From an uncultured delta proteobacterium (GTDB lineage Bacteria > Myxococcota > Myxococcia > Myxococcales > Anaeromyxobacteraceae): 64,000 nucleotides of DNA. Position 1 is the stretch's first letter, and each line of letters opens with the position of its first letter. The position numbers and the translations under genes are program-made. A model generated the notes under the pieces. It searched no databases and was not told the origin of the DNA. It worked only from the letters and a program-made list of their open reading frames with translations. Location: the NCBI GenBank assembly GCA_963845515.1, contig CAWJSR010000050.1, forward strand, positions 1-64,000, in the 5' to 3' direction. Positions 8,546-18,878 of the stretch are shown here, one piece after another.

Positions 8546-11059
8546 ATGGCCAGGCCCGCCCGCTCCCTCCGTGGAACCGCAGCCGGACTCGCCGCCGTCG
8601 TCGCGCTGCTCGCGGCGCACCCGGCGGCGGCGCAGCTCGCGAACGCCGACACGCTCGAGGCCGGGCTGCCAGCCAGCCTCGCGCTCCCCGTGGGCGGCGC
8701 CGCCTCGGCCGAGGAGCCCTCGGCGCTGGGCGTGAACCCGGCGGGCATCGGCTTCGTCCGCGACGCGTGCCTCCAGTGGTTCCACCAGGAGAAGCTGGTC
8801 GGCAGCTCGGTCGCCGACGGGCTCTACCTCGCCGGCGCGGTCGGCCCGGTGGGCGGGGGCTTCGGGATGGAGTGGGTCCGCCCGCAGGTCGGGTACGGCG
8901 CGCGCTACCGCAAGACGACGCTGGCCCTCGCCTTCACCGATCAGAAGGAGTGGTCGCTCGCCATCGGCTGGAACTGGCTCGCCTCGCCAGACGCGACGCG
9001 CAGCCGGCTCCGCAGCGTCGACCTGGGCGTCACGCTCCGCCCGTGGCGCCACTTCTCGGCCGGCGCGGCGGCGCTGGGGATGCAGGCGCGGCTCGGCAGC
9101 GAGCGGCTGCCGGTCCGGTACGTCTTCGGCCTGGCCACCCGCTTCGTCGACGACACGTTCACGCTCTCTGCGGATCTGCTGGCCGACGACAGGGCGCGCG
9201 ACGACTTCGTGGTGACCCACGCCTCCTTCGGCCTCGGGGTGGAGACCCGCTTCGGCCTCGGGCTGGGGCTCCAGCTGCAGCTTCCGATCCATGGTGGCGA
9301 GGACCCGTCCACGCTCGTGACGCTCACCTGGAACGGCGCCCACGGCGGCTACACCGGCGGCGTGGTCACGCGGACCGGCACCACCGGCTGGCTCACCGGC
9401 GTGCGCGCGTCCACCGAGCGCTACCGCGGCGTCGCCTTCGGCGGCGAGGTCCCGTCCGTGGATCTCGCGCGGGAGCTGAAGGGCGACGGCTCGCCGCTCG
9501 CCGTCCTCACGGATCGCGAGCCGTGGCTCGACCTCGTCAGGAAGCTGGAGCAGGTGCGCGACGATCCGGACGCGGTGGGGCTCGTGGTCAGGATCGGCGC
9601 GCTCGACGTCGGCCGGGCCCGGACCGAGGAGCTGCGCGCCCGCATCTCCGAGATCGCCTCCCGGAAGCCCGTGCTCGCCTACCTGACCGGTGGCGGCACC
9701 AAGGAGTACCTGCTCGCCGCAGGCGCCACCGCCATGGCCGTCCCGCCCGGCGCCACCCTCTTCTTCAGCGGCGTCGGCGCCGAGCCGCTCTACCTGCGCG
9801 ACGCGCTGGCCCGCGCCGGGATCGCCGTCGACGTGGTCAGGGTCGGCGCCTGGAAGAGCGCCCCGGAGCCGCTCACGCGAGGCGAGGGCAGCCGGGAGGC
9901 GCGGGAGGCGATCGAGTCGATCCTGGACGACGTCCACGCGCGCGACGTGGGCTACGTCTCGATCATGCGCGGCCTGTCGACGGACCGCGTGAAGGCCCTC
10001 TTCGACCGCGCCCTCTTCTCCGCGGAGGAGGCGCGGGGCGCTGGGCTCGTCGACGAGGTGCTCTGGCCCGACGAGCTCGAAGGGTGGGCCCGGCGGAGGA
10101 TCGGCCAGGGGGTGGACCTCTCCACCGGGTATGACCTGGAGGTGGAGCGCGGCGCGCTGCGCTGGGGCCAGCCGCCGACGATCGGCGTCGTCCTCCTGGA
10201 GGGGACCATCGTCCCCGGCGAGACGCGGCGTGAGCCGCTCGGCGCCGTGCTGGCCGGCGCCGAGACGGTCACCGCGGCGCTCAGGCGGGCCGCCGAGGAC
10301 GCGAACATCAAGGCGGTGGTGCTCAGGATCGACTCCGGCGGTGGCGACGGGCTCGCCAGCGACCTGATCTGGCGCGAGGTGCAGCGGACGCGGAAGAAGA
10401 AGCCGGTGGTGGTCTCGATGGGCGACATGGCCGCGAGCGGCGGGTACCTCGCCGCCGTGGGGGCCGACGCCATCGTGGCGGAGCCGTCGACGCTCACCGG
10501 GTCGATCGGGGTCTTCGCGATGAAGCCGGACTTCTCGGGGCTGCTCGAGAAGGCCGGGGTGCGGCGCGAGCCCCACCAGCGCGGCGAGAAGGCGCTCGTG
10601 ACCTCCGTCACCAAGCCGTGGACGGCGGAGGAGCGGGTCGCGCTGCAGGGGCAGGTCGACGCCTTCTACGCCCGCTTCGTCGATCGGGTCGCCGAGGGGC
10701 GCAAGCTCACGCGCGCCGACGCCGAGAAGGTGGCGCAGGGGCGGGTCTGGACGGGGCAGCAGGCGCTGGCGCGCGGCCTGATCGATCGGCTGGGTGCGCT
10801 CTCCGACGCGGTCGATCTGGCGCGAGAGAAGGCCGGCCTCGCGAAGGACGCGGAGCTCGCGGTCCGCCGCGTAGACGCGCCTCGCGGGCTCCTGGAGCTG
10901 GTCCGTGCCGCCGCGGGCACCCTCTCGCCCGGCGCCGACGTGGGCCGGTTCATGGAGCTGGTCGGAGACCGGGTCCCGGAGCTCCGGGCGCTCGGGATCC
11001 TGGCCGAGCTGGGGGCGGTCGTTGCGCTGCCGCCCCTCCCATTGGGGACCGGTCGCTGA
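8546..11059 (+). CDS. sppA: signal peptide peptidase SppA (S49) with long N-terminal beta-rich extension
   Basis: RVGAWKSAPEP, LRIDSGGG, VVSMGDMAASGGY, TGSIGV, AQGRVWTG; signal peptide. Confidence 0.88.
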   Translation: MARPARSLRGTAAGLAAVVALLAAHPAAAQLANADTLEAGLPASLALPVGGAASAEEPSALGVNPAGIGFVRDACLQWFHQEKLVGSSVADGLYLAGAVGPVGGGFGMEWVRPQVGYGARYRKTTLALAFTDQKEWSLAIGWNWLASPDATRSRLRSVDLGVTLRPWRHFSAGAAALGMQARLGSERLPVRYVFGLATRFVDDTFTLSADLLADDRARDDFVVTHASFGLGVETRFGLGLGLQLQLPIHGGEDPSTLVTLTWNGAHGGYTGGVVTRTGTTGWLTGVRASTERYRGVAFGGEVPSVDLARELKGDGSPLAVLTDREPWLDLVRKLEQVRDDPDAVGLVVRIGALDVGRARTEELRARISEIASRKPVLAYLTGGGTKEYLLAAGATAMAVPPGATLFFSGVGAEPLYLRDALARAGIAVDVVRVGAWKSAPEPLTRGEGSREAREAIESILDDVHARDVGYVSIMRGLSTDRVKALFDRALFSAEEARGAGLVDEVLWPDELEGWARRRIGQGVDLSTGYDLEVERGALRWGQPPTIGVVLLEGTIVPGETRREPLGAVLAGAETVTAALRRAAEDANIKAVVLRIDSGGGDGLASDLIWREVQRTRKKKPVVVSMGDMAASGGYLAAVGADAIVAEPSTLTGSIGVFAMKPDFSGLLEKAGVRREPHQRGEKALVTSVTKPWTAEERVALQGQVDAFYARFVDRVAEGRKLTRADAEKVAQGRVWTGQQALARGLIDRLGALSDAVDLAREKAGLAKDAELAVRRVDAPRGLLELVRAAAGTLSPGADVGRFMELVGDRVPELRALGILAELGAVVALPPLPLGTGR

Positions 11060-11343
11060 ACCGGGCAACCCGGGACTTTCGCTCCACGGATTTATTTGTT
11101 ATGGATCTCCTGTCTTCCCGCTGCTGACGAGGTGAGTCTCGCGCGACGGGTGGACGAACCCCGCAGGCCAAGCAGGGACGCCGAGCGTTGGTCGCCGCCC
11201 AATGGCGGCGCGCAGGCGACCGGGCCACGGGGGGGCGGTTCGCGGACGGCACGCAGCACTGGCACCGCGAGACGCGCCTATCCAGGACGCGAAGGTGGGG
11301 CGCGCCGAGAGCGGAACGCACCGGCGGCCCCCTAGGGAAGAGC

Positions 11344-12769
11344 ATGAGCGAGAACGAGCAGACTTCGCCCTCAGGCGAAGGGACCACCCAGGGCCAGGAC
11401 GCGACCGCGTCCTCCGACGGAAACTCCGACATCGGCAACTCCGAGAGCGGCGACGCCGGTCAGGCCGGTCAGGCTGGCAGCCAGCCGGGCCAGGGGCGGC
11501 GGCGGCGCCGGCGGCGCGGCCGTCGCGGCCGTGGCGGGCAGGGCCGGCGGGCAGGCGGCGGGCGGTCCAGGGCTCGTCGGTCCAGGTGGCCAGGCCGGCG
11601 GACAGCCGACCCCGCCGAACGGGGCGGGCCAGCCTTCCGTGGCCGCACAGCCCGCACCGCAGGCCATCCCCGAGACGACAGAGGAGGTCGAGGGGGTCCT
11701 GCAGTTCGAAGGCAAGGGTAACGGCTACCTGCGCGACCCCAAGCGGAGCTACCTGCCGCAGCCCTTCGACGTCGAGGTCCCTCGCTGGCTCATCGACAAG
11801 CTCCACCTCCAGCCCGGCCTCCTCGTGAAGGGGCTCTCGGCGACCCGCAACGTCAAGCGGGTCCTCCAGCGGATCGACCAGCTGGAGGGGGCCGACCCGA
11901 TCGCGGTCGCCCGGCGCACCCATTTCCAGAACCTGACGGCGACGGATCCGACCGAGCGGCTCGTCATCGAGACCCGCGCCGACGAGCTGGTCGGCCGCGT
12001 CCTCGACCTCATCTCGCCCCTGGGGCTCGGCGCGCGCGGCCTCATCACCTCGCCGCCCAAGGCGGGCAAGACCATCATGCTGCAGCGGATCGCGCAGGCC
12101 ATCACGGCCAACCGGCCCGACGTGCACCTGACGGTCCTCCTCGTGGACGAGCGCCCCGAGGAGCTCACTGACATGCGCCGCAACATCCAGGGCGAGGTGA
12201 TCGGCTCCTCCAACGATCGGCCCGCCGAGGAGCACATCCACGCCGCCGAGATGGCCATGGAGCGCGCGCGCCGGCTGGTGGAGGGGGGGAAGGACGTCGT
12301 CATCCTCCTCGACTCGATCACGCGGCTCGCCCGCGCCTACAACAAGGAGGTCGAGTCCTCCGGCCGCACGCTCACCGGCGGCGTCGACTCCCGCGCGCTG
12401 GAGCGCCCCAAGCGGCTCTTCGGGGCCGCGCGCAAGGCCGAGGAGGGCGGCTCGCTGACCATCATCGCCACCGCGCTCATCGACACGGGATCGCGCATGG
12501 ACGAGGTGATCTTCGAGGAGTTCAAGGGGACCGGCAACATGGAGGTGGTCCTCTCGCGGCAGCTCGCCGAGCGGCGCATCTTCCCTGCGATCGACATCGG
12601 CGCCTCCGGCACCCGCAAGGAGGAGAAGCTCTTCTCCGCGAAGGAGATCCAGAAGGTCCGGCAGCTGCGCGGCGCCCTCGCGTCCCTGAAGCCCGTCGAG
12701 GCGATGGAGCGGCTCCTCAAGAAGCTCTCTGAGTTCGAGACCAACGACGAGTTCCTCGGGAGCTACTGA
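11344..12769 (+). CDS. rho: transcription termination factor Rho, frameshifted near 11540
   Basis: PPKAGKT, DERPEE, LDSITRLARAYN, GSRMDEVIFEEFKGTGNME; N-terminal MSENEQ.. lies in another frame, joined by removing one G. Confidence 0.95.
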
Positions 12770-12823
12770 GTTCCGGGTGGGCCTTGCGGAGCCCGTGTGG
12801 TCGCTGGTCTACTCGGGGTCCAA

Positions 12824-13963
12824 GTGAGCAAGGATCGCGTCCTCATCGTCGACGACGACGAACTCATCCTCAAGGCCCTCGGACGGATCATCGAGGCGGC
12901 CGGCTTCGAGCCGCGGACGTACGTCACTCCAGAGGGCGCGCTCGAGAAGATCGAGGCGGACGACCCGGTCGTCATCATCTCCGACTACATGATGCCGGGG
13001 ATGGACGGCGTCAGCTTCCTCAAGGCCGCGCGCGCCAAGGTCCCCTGCGCGGTGCGAATCCTCTGCACCGCCGCGGAGGACTTCCGCGTGGCCCTGCAGG
13101 CGGTCAACTCCGGCGAGGTCTTCCGGATCATCGCCAAGCCCTGGCACCAGCAGGAGCTGATCGGCACGGTCCAGCAGGCGGCCGACTCGGCGCGCCTCCG
13201 TCGCGAGAACGAGCGGCTGACCGGCGAGGTCCAGCGGCAGAACGGCCAGCTCCGGGAGATCAACCTCCGGCTGGAGGAGATGGTCCGCGTACGGACCCAG
13301 GCGCTCCTCGAGGGGCTCATCGCAGCGCTCGACTACCGGGACGCCGAGACCCAGTGGCACTCGCGCCGCGTCTCGCTCTACGCGCGGCGCCTCGCCGTCC
13401 AGCTCGGCATCGGCGATCCCGACCTGACCGTCATCGAGCACGGCGCCCTGCTGCACGACATCGGGAAGATCGGCGTGCGCGACCGGGTGCTCCTCAAGCC
13501 CGGACCGCTCTCCCCCGACGAGTGGGAGGAGATGAAGCGTCACCCCGAGCTGGGGTGGGCGCTGCTGCAGCGGGTCGACTACCTGCGCCCCGCCTCGTCG
13601 ATCGTCCTCCAGCACCAGGAGAAGTGGGACGGCACGGGCTACCCCGCCGGGCTCGCGGGCGAGGGGATCGTGATCGGGGCGAGGATCTTCCACATCGTCG
13701 ACACGCTCGACGCGATCACGAGCAACCGGCCCTACCGCCAGGCGCGGAGCGTGACCGAGGCGCGCGAGGAGATCGCCCGCTGCTCCGGCACGCAGTTCGA
13801 TCCCGACCTGGTGAAGGCCTTCATGACGATCGCCGAGGAGGACTGGGAGCGGATCCGGCTGGACGTGGAGACGGTCGCCGTCCTCTCCGCGGACATGGCC
13901 GAGCACCCCCCCGGGACCGAGCGCGATCTGGACCACGCGCTGGCCCGCGCCCTCAAGGCCTGA
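12824..13963 (+). CDS. response regulator with HD-GYP phosphodiesterase domain (RpfG-like)
   Basis: Receiver (IVDDD..SDYMMP..KPW) plus HDIGKIG and HQEKWDGTGYP. Confidence 0.92.
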   Translation: MSKDRVLIVDDDELILKALGRIIEAAGFEPRTYVTPEGALEKIEADDPVVIISDYMMPGMDGVSFLKAARAKVPCAVRILCTAAEDFRVALQAVNSGEVFRIIAKPWHQQELIGTVQQAADSARLRRENERLTGEVQRQNGQLREINLRLEEMVRVRTQALLEGLIAALDYRDAETQWHSRRVSLYARRLAVQLGIGDPDLTVIEHGALLHDIGKIGVRDRVLLKPGPLSPDEWEEMKRHPELGWALLQRVDYLRPASSIVLQHQEKWDGTGYPAGLAGEGIVIGARIFHIVDTLDAITSNRPYRQARSVTEAREEIARCSGTQFDPDLVKAFMTIAEEDWERIRLDVETVAVLSADMAEHPPGTERDLDHALARALKA

Positions 13964-13984
13964 CGAGCGCGGAGCGCCCGTCCT

Positions 13985-14020
13985 CCCTCTCCCGCACCGC
14001 GGGAGAGGGCGGGGTGAGGG
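13985..14020. repeat. REP-like palindrome (CCCTCTCCC..GGGAGAGGG..GGTGAGGG family)
   Basis: ccctctcccgc-acc-gcgggagaggg-cggggtgaggg between convergent genes; related copies elsewhere in the window. Confidence 0.8.
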
Positions 14021-14044
14021 CGGTGCCCTCACGGGGAGCGCCCA

Positions 14045-15440
14045 CTATTCCAGCTCGACCCCAAGCAGTTCCTGCGTCGCGCCGGCCCGCACCTCCACCG
14101 TGGCAGCGCTGCGGCTGCCGTCGGCCGCCACGAACTCGACGCGGTGGGCCCCGGCCCTCACCTCGATGGCGCGGGCCTCCCCCACGACGAGCGGCGGCGC
14201 GACCGTGACGCCGTCGACGCGCACCTCGGCCGCCGCCTGGACCTGGACCACGAGCCTCCCGGTGGTCGGCGCGGTCGAGACGCCGTGCGCGACCACCGCC
14301 CCGGCGACCGCGACGGCGAGGACCGCCACCGCGGCGACGAGCGCCCGCGGGCGCCAGATCCGCTTGCCCGGCTGCCGCGCAGCCGTTCGCGGCGGCCCTG
14401 GCAGCGGGCCCTCGAACGCGTCCAGGTCGATCCCCGGATCCGTGACGCTCGGCTCCTCCTCCGCGGTCTGGAGCGTCCGCGCGGCCTCGACGCGCCCCAG
14501 GCGATCGATCTCGGCGACGATCTCGTCGCGGAAGTGGCGCGCGAGGAGCCGCTTCAGCGCCGCGGCGTCCGTCGACGGGAGCCCCTGCCCGAGGTAGGGG
14601 ACGAGCGAGTCGCGCAGCTCCGACGCCCAGGGGAACCGATCCGCCGGCTCACGCGCGAGCGCGCGCAGCACGACCGCGTCCAGCCCCGGCAGCACGGCAG
14701 GGTTGCGGCTCGACGGCGGCTCCACCTCGGCCATCCTGACCCGCTCCAGCAGGGCGAGCTCCGACGGACCGGTGAAGAGCTTCTCTCCGGCCAGCATCTC
14801 CCAGAGCACGGTCCCCAGCGCGAAGACGTCCGCGCGCCGGTCGACGGGGAGGCCGCGCACGCCCTCCGGGGTCATGTAGCCCAGCTTCCCGCGGAGGAGT
14901 CGCCGCTCGCGATGGGCGCGGAAGGCGGCCTGCGCGATGCCGAAGTCGATCAGCCGCACCGACCCGTCCCAGGCGAGCAGGACGTTGGCGGGCGAGACGT
15001 CGCAGTGGACGATCTCGAGGTCCCTGCCCTGCGCGTCGCGCGCCCGGTGGGCCCAGTCGAGCGCGTCGGCGAGCCGGTGCGCGACGTGGACCGCGACGGA
15101 CACCGGCATCTGCTCCCCCGCGCGCCGAAGCCGCTTGTGCAGGGCGCGCAGGTCCTGCCCGGGGACGTACTCGAAGGCGATGAAGTACCGGTCGCCCACC
15201 CTCCCCAGCTCGTGGATCGGGGCGATGGCCCGGTGGTCGAGGTGGGCGACGATCCGCGCCTCGTCGAGGAACATGCCGACGAACTCGCGATCCTCCGCGA
15301 GCGTCGGGAGGATCCGCTTCACCGCGTAGAGCGCCCCGACCGGCCCGTCCCGCGTCGGTGGCGAGGTACACCTCGGCCATGCCTCCGATCGCGAGGCGCT
15401 CCAGGAGGAGATACCTCCCGAATGAGATCGGTTTCGACAT
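14045..15440 (-). CDS. Hanks-type Ser/Thr protein kinase with TM and PEGA-like C-terminus, frameshifted near 15335
   Basis: MSKPISFGRYLLLERLAIGGMAEVY in ORF 14649..15695, then VKRIL..HCDVSPAN..DFG..GKLGYM in ORF 14045..15322. Confidence 0.88.
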
Positions 15441-15467
15441 GGGCATGCCGGCCCCTATGATACGCCC

Positions 15468-15809
15468 ATGGCGACGACCTGCTACCGGTGCGGCGCGGCC
15501 CTCGATTTCGATGGCCCCATCGGGCGACGTACGAGCTGCCCCGACTGCGACTTCGACCTCCACGCCTGCATCAACTGCCGGCACTACGACGAGGCGTCGG
15601 CCCGCTCCTGCCGGGAGCCGCACGCCGACATGGTCGTGGACAAGGAGTCGTCCAACGCCTGCGACCTGTTCCAGCTCGGCGACGGCGCTTCCCACCGTCG
15701 AGGCTCCGGAAAGGCCGCGAAGGACGCGCTCCGCGCGCTCTTCGGCGACGCCCCGGCGAAGGACGAGAGTCCGCGGGACGCGCTGGACGCGCTGTTCAGG
15801 AAGAAGTAG
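15468..15809 (+). CDS. small Cys-rich (zinc-ribbon-like) hypothetical protein
   Basis: CYRC, CPDC, CINC plus two more Cys; ends ALDALFRKK. Confidence 0.75.
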   Translation: MATTCYRCGAALDFDGPIGRRTSCPDCDFDLHACINCRHYDEASARSCREPHADMVVDKESSNACDLFQLGDGASHRRGSGKAAKDALRALFGDAPAKDESPRDALDALFRKK

Positions 15810-15830
15810 CGCCCTTCACCCCGCCAAAGC

Positions 15831-15864
15831 CGAGGCCGCGGTCCCCGAAGGGGCCGCGGCCTCG
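15831..15864. terminator. GC-rich hairpin between convergent genes
   Basis: cgaggccgcggtccc-cgaa-ggggccgcggcctcg (one G-U pair). Confidence 0.6.
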
Positions 15865-15902
15865 TTCACTGCCCTGCGCTCAGGCCTGACGCGGCCGGTT
15901 CG

Positions 15903-17814
15903 CTAGAACGGGCAGGCGACGCCCGGCATCCCGCAGATCCCCGTGGGGCCCGAGGCGTGGCAGGCGTTGCAGGCGGCACCGCCGCCGGCACCCAGCGCCA
16001 TCGTCCTCGGCGCGACCTCGTGATTGATGTTCATGTACATGACTGTCTTCGCCCAGAACCAGTCGGCGTCGGCGAAGTCCACCTCGGAGGCGAGGCCGGT
16101 CGGCTGGCCGGCCTTGAAGGCGCCGTCGGCGAGGACGTCGTTCCAGACCGCCTGAAGCTCCGCGTCGGTCATCGTCGCCGCGACCCTGGCGGCGCGGGGA
16201 ACCGTGGCGTCGCCGGCGTCCCAGAACCCGTCAGGACCGAAGAGGTGCGGGACGAGGACGAAGGCCTTGCTGGCCATCGCGGCCTGCGTGCCGTGCATCT
16301 CCTTGAACGGCGCGATCTTCGCGCCGTTCGAGCCGTCGGTCGCGGTCGGCGCCGCGAGGACGATGGGGTCTGCCGCGTCGCCGGTCTGGGCGAAGGCGTC
16401 GGCGGTGGTCATGTGGGTGCCCCTGGCGTCGTTCCAGCGGTAGGCCGGGGTGACGTCCGCCTGCCAGACGAAGGTGCCCTTCATCCAGTCATAGGTGTTC
16501 AGGCTCGTCGTGACGCCCGACGCGGTGGTGTACGAGGTGGTGCCGACGCTCCGGTCCTTGTGACCCGCCGTCGACCAGTCCCAGTTCATCTTGGTGGGCT
16601 TCTGGCGGCTGAAGGCCGGGATGTGGCAGGTCTGGCAGGCGAGCTTGGCGAGGTGGGCCGACGTGTGGATCGCGGCCGTCGGCGCAGGGTGGCAGTCGGT
16701 GCAGGCGGTGCGCCCCTCGGTGACGGCGACGCTGATTCCAGCGCCGTAGATCTCGTGCTCGACCGTCACGTGGCAGTCGACGCAGACCATCCCCTTGCCG
16801 CCGGTGGCGGTGGAGCCCATGTGGACGTCGGCCTGCATCGAGGGCGCATGGAGCGGCGACCCGGAATCGCCCATCTTCACGTTGTCCGCGCCGCCCGCGG
16901 TGAAGTGGCAGAAGCCGCAGTTGGAGCGGCCAGGCGTGCCGACGCTCTTCGCGGCGGCCTTGAGCATCCTGGGGAGCTGGACGGTCTTCGCGACGCAGGC
17001 CGGAGCGGCGTCACCGGGGACGCAGACCTCCGCGGCGGTGCAGGCCGGGCTGCAGCCGGTGGCGGTGCTCACCACGTCCGCCCCACCCCAGGTGGCGGTC
17101 GCCTTCACGTAGCCGGTCGTCATGTCGGCGTGGCAGATGAGGCAGTCCACCCGCGACAGCGCGGTGGCGCCGGTGAGGTCGTAGCCGGGGATCTTGTTCG
17201 TGGCGTCCCCGTAGCCGGCGTGGCACTGCGTGCAGCGGGGCTCGTTGGAGGCGACCGCGATGCAGAAGTTGTTGATCAGGTTCTTCTTTCCGGCGAAGTC
17301 GGTGCCCGCCTCGTGCCCGGCGAGGAGCGGCGTCGGGCCGAGCCACTTGAAGTGTGCCGAGCCGGCCATCTGCGCGGCGTCCGCCTCGTGGCACTTGATG
17401 CACTCGGCGGTGACGGCCGGGCCGTTGGCGAGGCCGGTGTCGCTGAACGCGGAGAAGTAGGCCGCATGGACCTGCGTGGTGACGAGCTCGCAGGCCTCGA
17501 GGGTGGAGCTCCAGGCCATGCCGTCGCCGCAAGCGGCGACGCAGGCGGCCGCGGTGCCGTTGGTCACGCAGAATCTGGCCGGCGGCGCAGCCGCCGGTGC
17601 AGGCGCTCGCGAGCGTCGCGACGCAGGCGCCGTCCTGGCAGGCCTGGCCGGAGCCGCAGGAGGGTTCGCAGGAGAGGATCGCCTGGCAGGTGTCGCCGAC
17701 GCAGGCCGAACCTGCCCCGCAGAAGTCGGTGCAGGCCTTCTCGTCGGCCGTGCAGCCGGCGAGGGCCAACGTCAGGGCCGCGGCCGCGACCGCGAAGTGC
17801 TTCGTCATGTTCAT
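15903..17814 (-). CDS. octaheme c-type cytochrome lipoprotein (tetrathionate reductase OTR family), frameshifted near 17571
   Basis: Eight CxxCH (CIKCH, CTQCH, CLICH, CGFCH, CVDCH, CTDCH, CQTCH, CNACH); GKKNLINNFCI, CQTCHIP..K..WDWSTAG, INHEVAP; lipobox LAGC in ORF 17011..17814. Confidence 0.88.
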
Positions 17815-17871
17815 CGAGTTCTCCTTGGAGTGGGCCGCGCCCTGGGAGCGGCGCGGCGATGCCCCGCGGAG

Positions 17872-17887
17872 AGCAACTGTCGGGCCA
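17872..17887 (-). promoter_or_regulatory. sigma54 (-24/-12) promoter for the octaheme cytochrome
   Basis: Minus strand TGGCCCGACAGTTGCT, GG-N10-GC spacing, about 60 nt upstream of the start. Confidence 0.6.
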
Positions 17888-17996
17888 AGGGCGATGGCGC
17901 CGGCTTACGGCGCAAACTTCACCCGCCGCGCGCCTCACCGCGCCGTGGCGCCGCACCGTCGCGTTCAATCGCCCGCAGCGCGCCTTTACGCAGACG

Positions 17997-18878
17997 TTAA
18001 CCGTTAACGGTCGGCTGCCGATGTCCAAGCACGGTGGCCCAGGCGATCCCCGTGACCCCGATGACGATCCCCACCAGCCCGGTGAGCGTCGGCGACTCGC
18101 CGAGGAGCGGAAAGGCGAGGAGGTACTGCGCGAGCGGCGTCAGCTGGAGCCAGACCGCGGACTCGCCGATCGTGAGGGTCCCGTAGGCCTCGCTCATGAG
18201 GACCTGCGCGCCATAGGCGGCGAGCCCCATCAGCGCCGCGAGCGCCCACCCTCCCGGCGCGTGCGGCCAGTGATGCAGCGCGAAGGGCAGCGCGACCGGC
18301 AGCCCGCCGAGGCAGAAGAAGAAGAAGATGGTGGGCGCGTTCTCGGTCGCGCGCATCGCGCGGATGACGACGGAGGAGAAGGCCGCGAAGAGCGCTGCCA
18401 GCACCGCGTACGCCTCCCCGCGGCCGATCCCGACCGAGAGGCTCCCGCCGCCGAGGACGAGGACGACGCCGACCGTCGTCAGTGCGAGGCCGAGCACCAG
18501 GTGGACCGTGGGGCGCTCCTTGAAGGCCACGATCGCCATCGCCGTGGCGACGACCGGGAACAGGTTGTAGAGCATCCCCGCCTCCCCAGCCGGGATGCGC
18601 GCCAGCGCGAGGAAGTAGAGCACCACCACGATCCCGCCCGAGAGGCCGCGGGTCCACAGGAGCGCGTGATCGCGCGGCCGGTACAGCCCCGGCCTCACCC
18701 GGAAGGCGACCAGGCTGACCGCGGCCCCTATCACGAACCGTATGACCGCCAGCTGGCCGGGGGTGAAGCCGGACGGCGCTCGCGCGAGGCGCCGCGCCAG
18801 CACCGCCATCAGGCCGAAACAGACTGCGGAGCCGAGGAGCTGGAGGCGCGCGAGCGCCTTCGGGGAGGGGCCCTTCAC
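17997..18878 (-). CDS. EamA/DMT family transporter
   Basis: About 10 TM segments; GEAGMLYNLFPV..KERPT..IRAMRATE. Confidence 0.88.
   Translation of the reverse strand: MKGPSPKALARLQLLGSAVCFGLMAVLARRLARAPSGFTPGQLAVIRFVIGAAVSLVAFRVRPGLYRPRDHALLWTRGLSGGIVVVLYFLALARIPAGEAGMLYNLFPVVATAMAIVAFKERPTVHLVLGLALTTVGVVLVLGGGSLSVGIGRGEAYAVLAALFAAFSSVVIRAMRATENAPTIFFFFCLGGLPVALPFALHHWPHAPGGWALAALMGLAAYGAQVLMSEAYGTLTIGESAVWLQLTPLAQYLLAFPLLGESPTLTGLVGIVIGVTGIAWATVLGHRQPTVNG

Noticed and set aside
11100..11343. 6S RNA or SRP RNA call
   Set aside because: No SRP conserved loop motif recognised and not the usual 6S context; kept only as an unclassified leader
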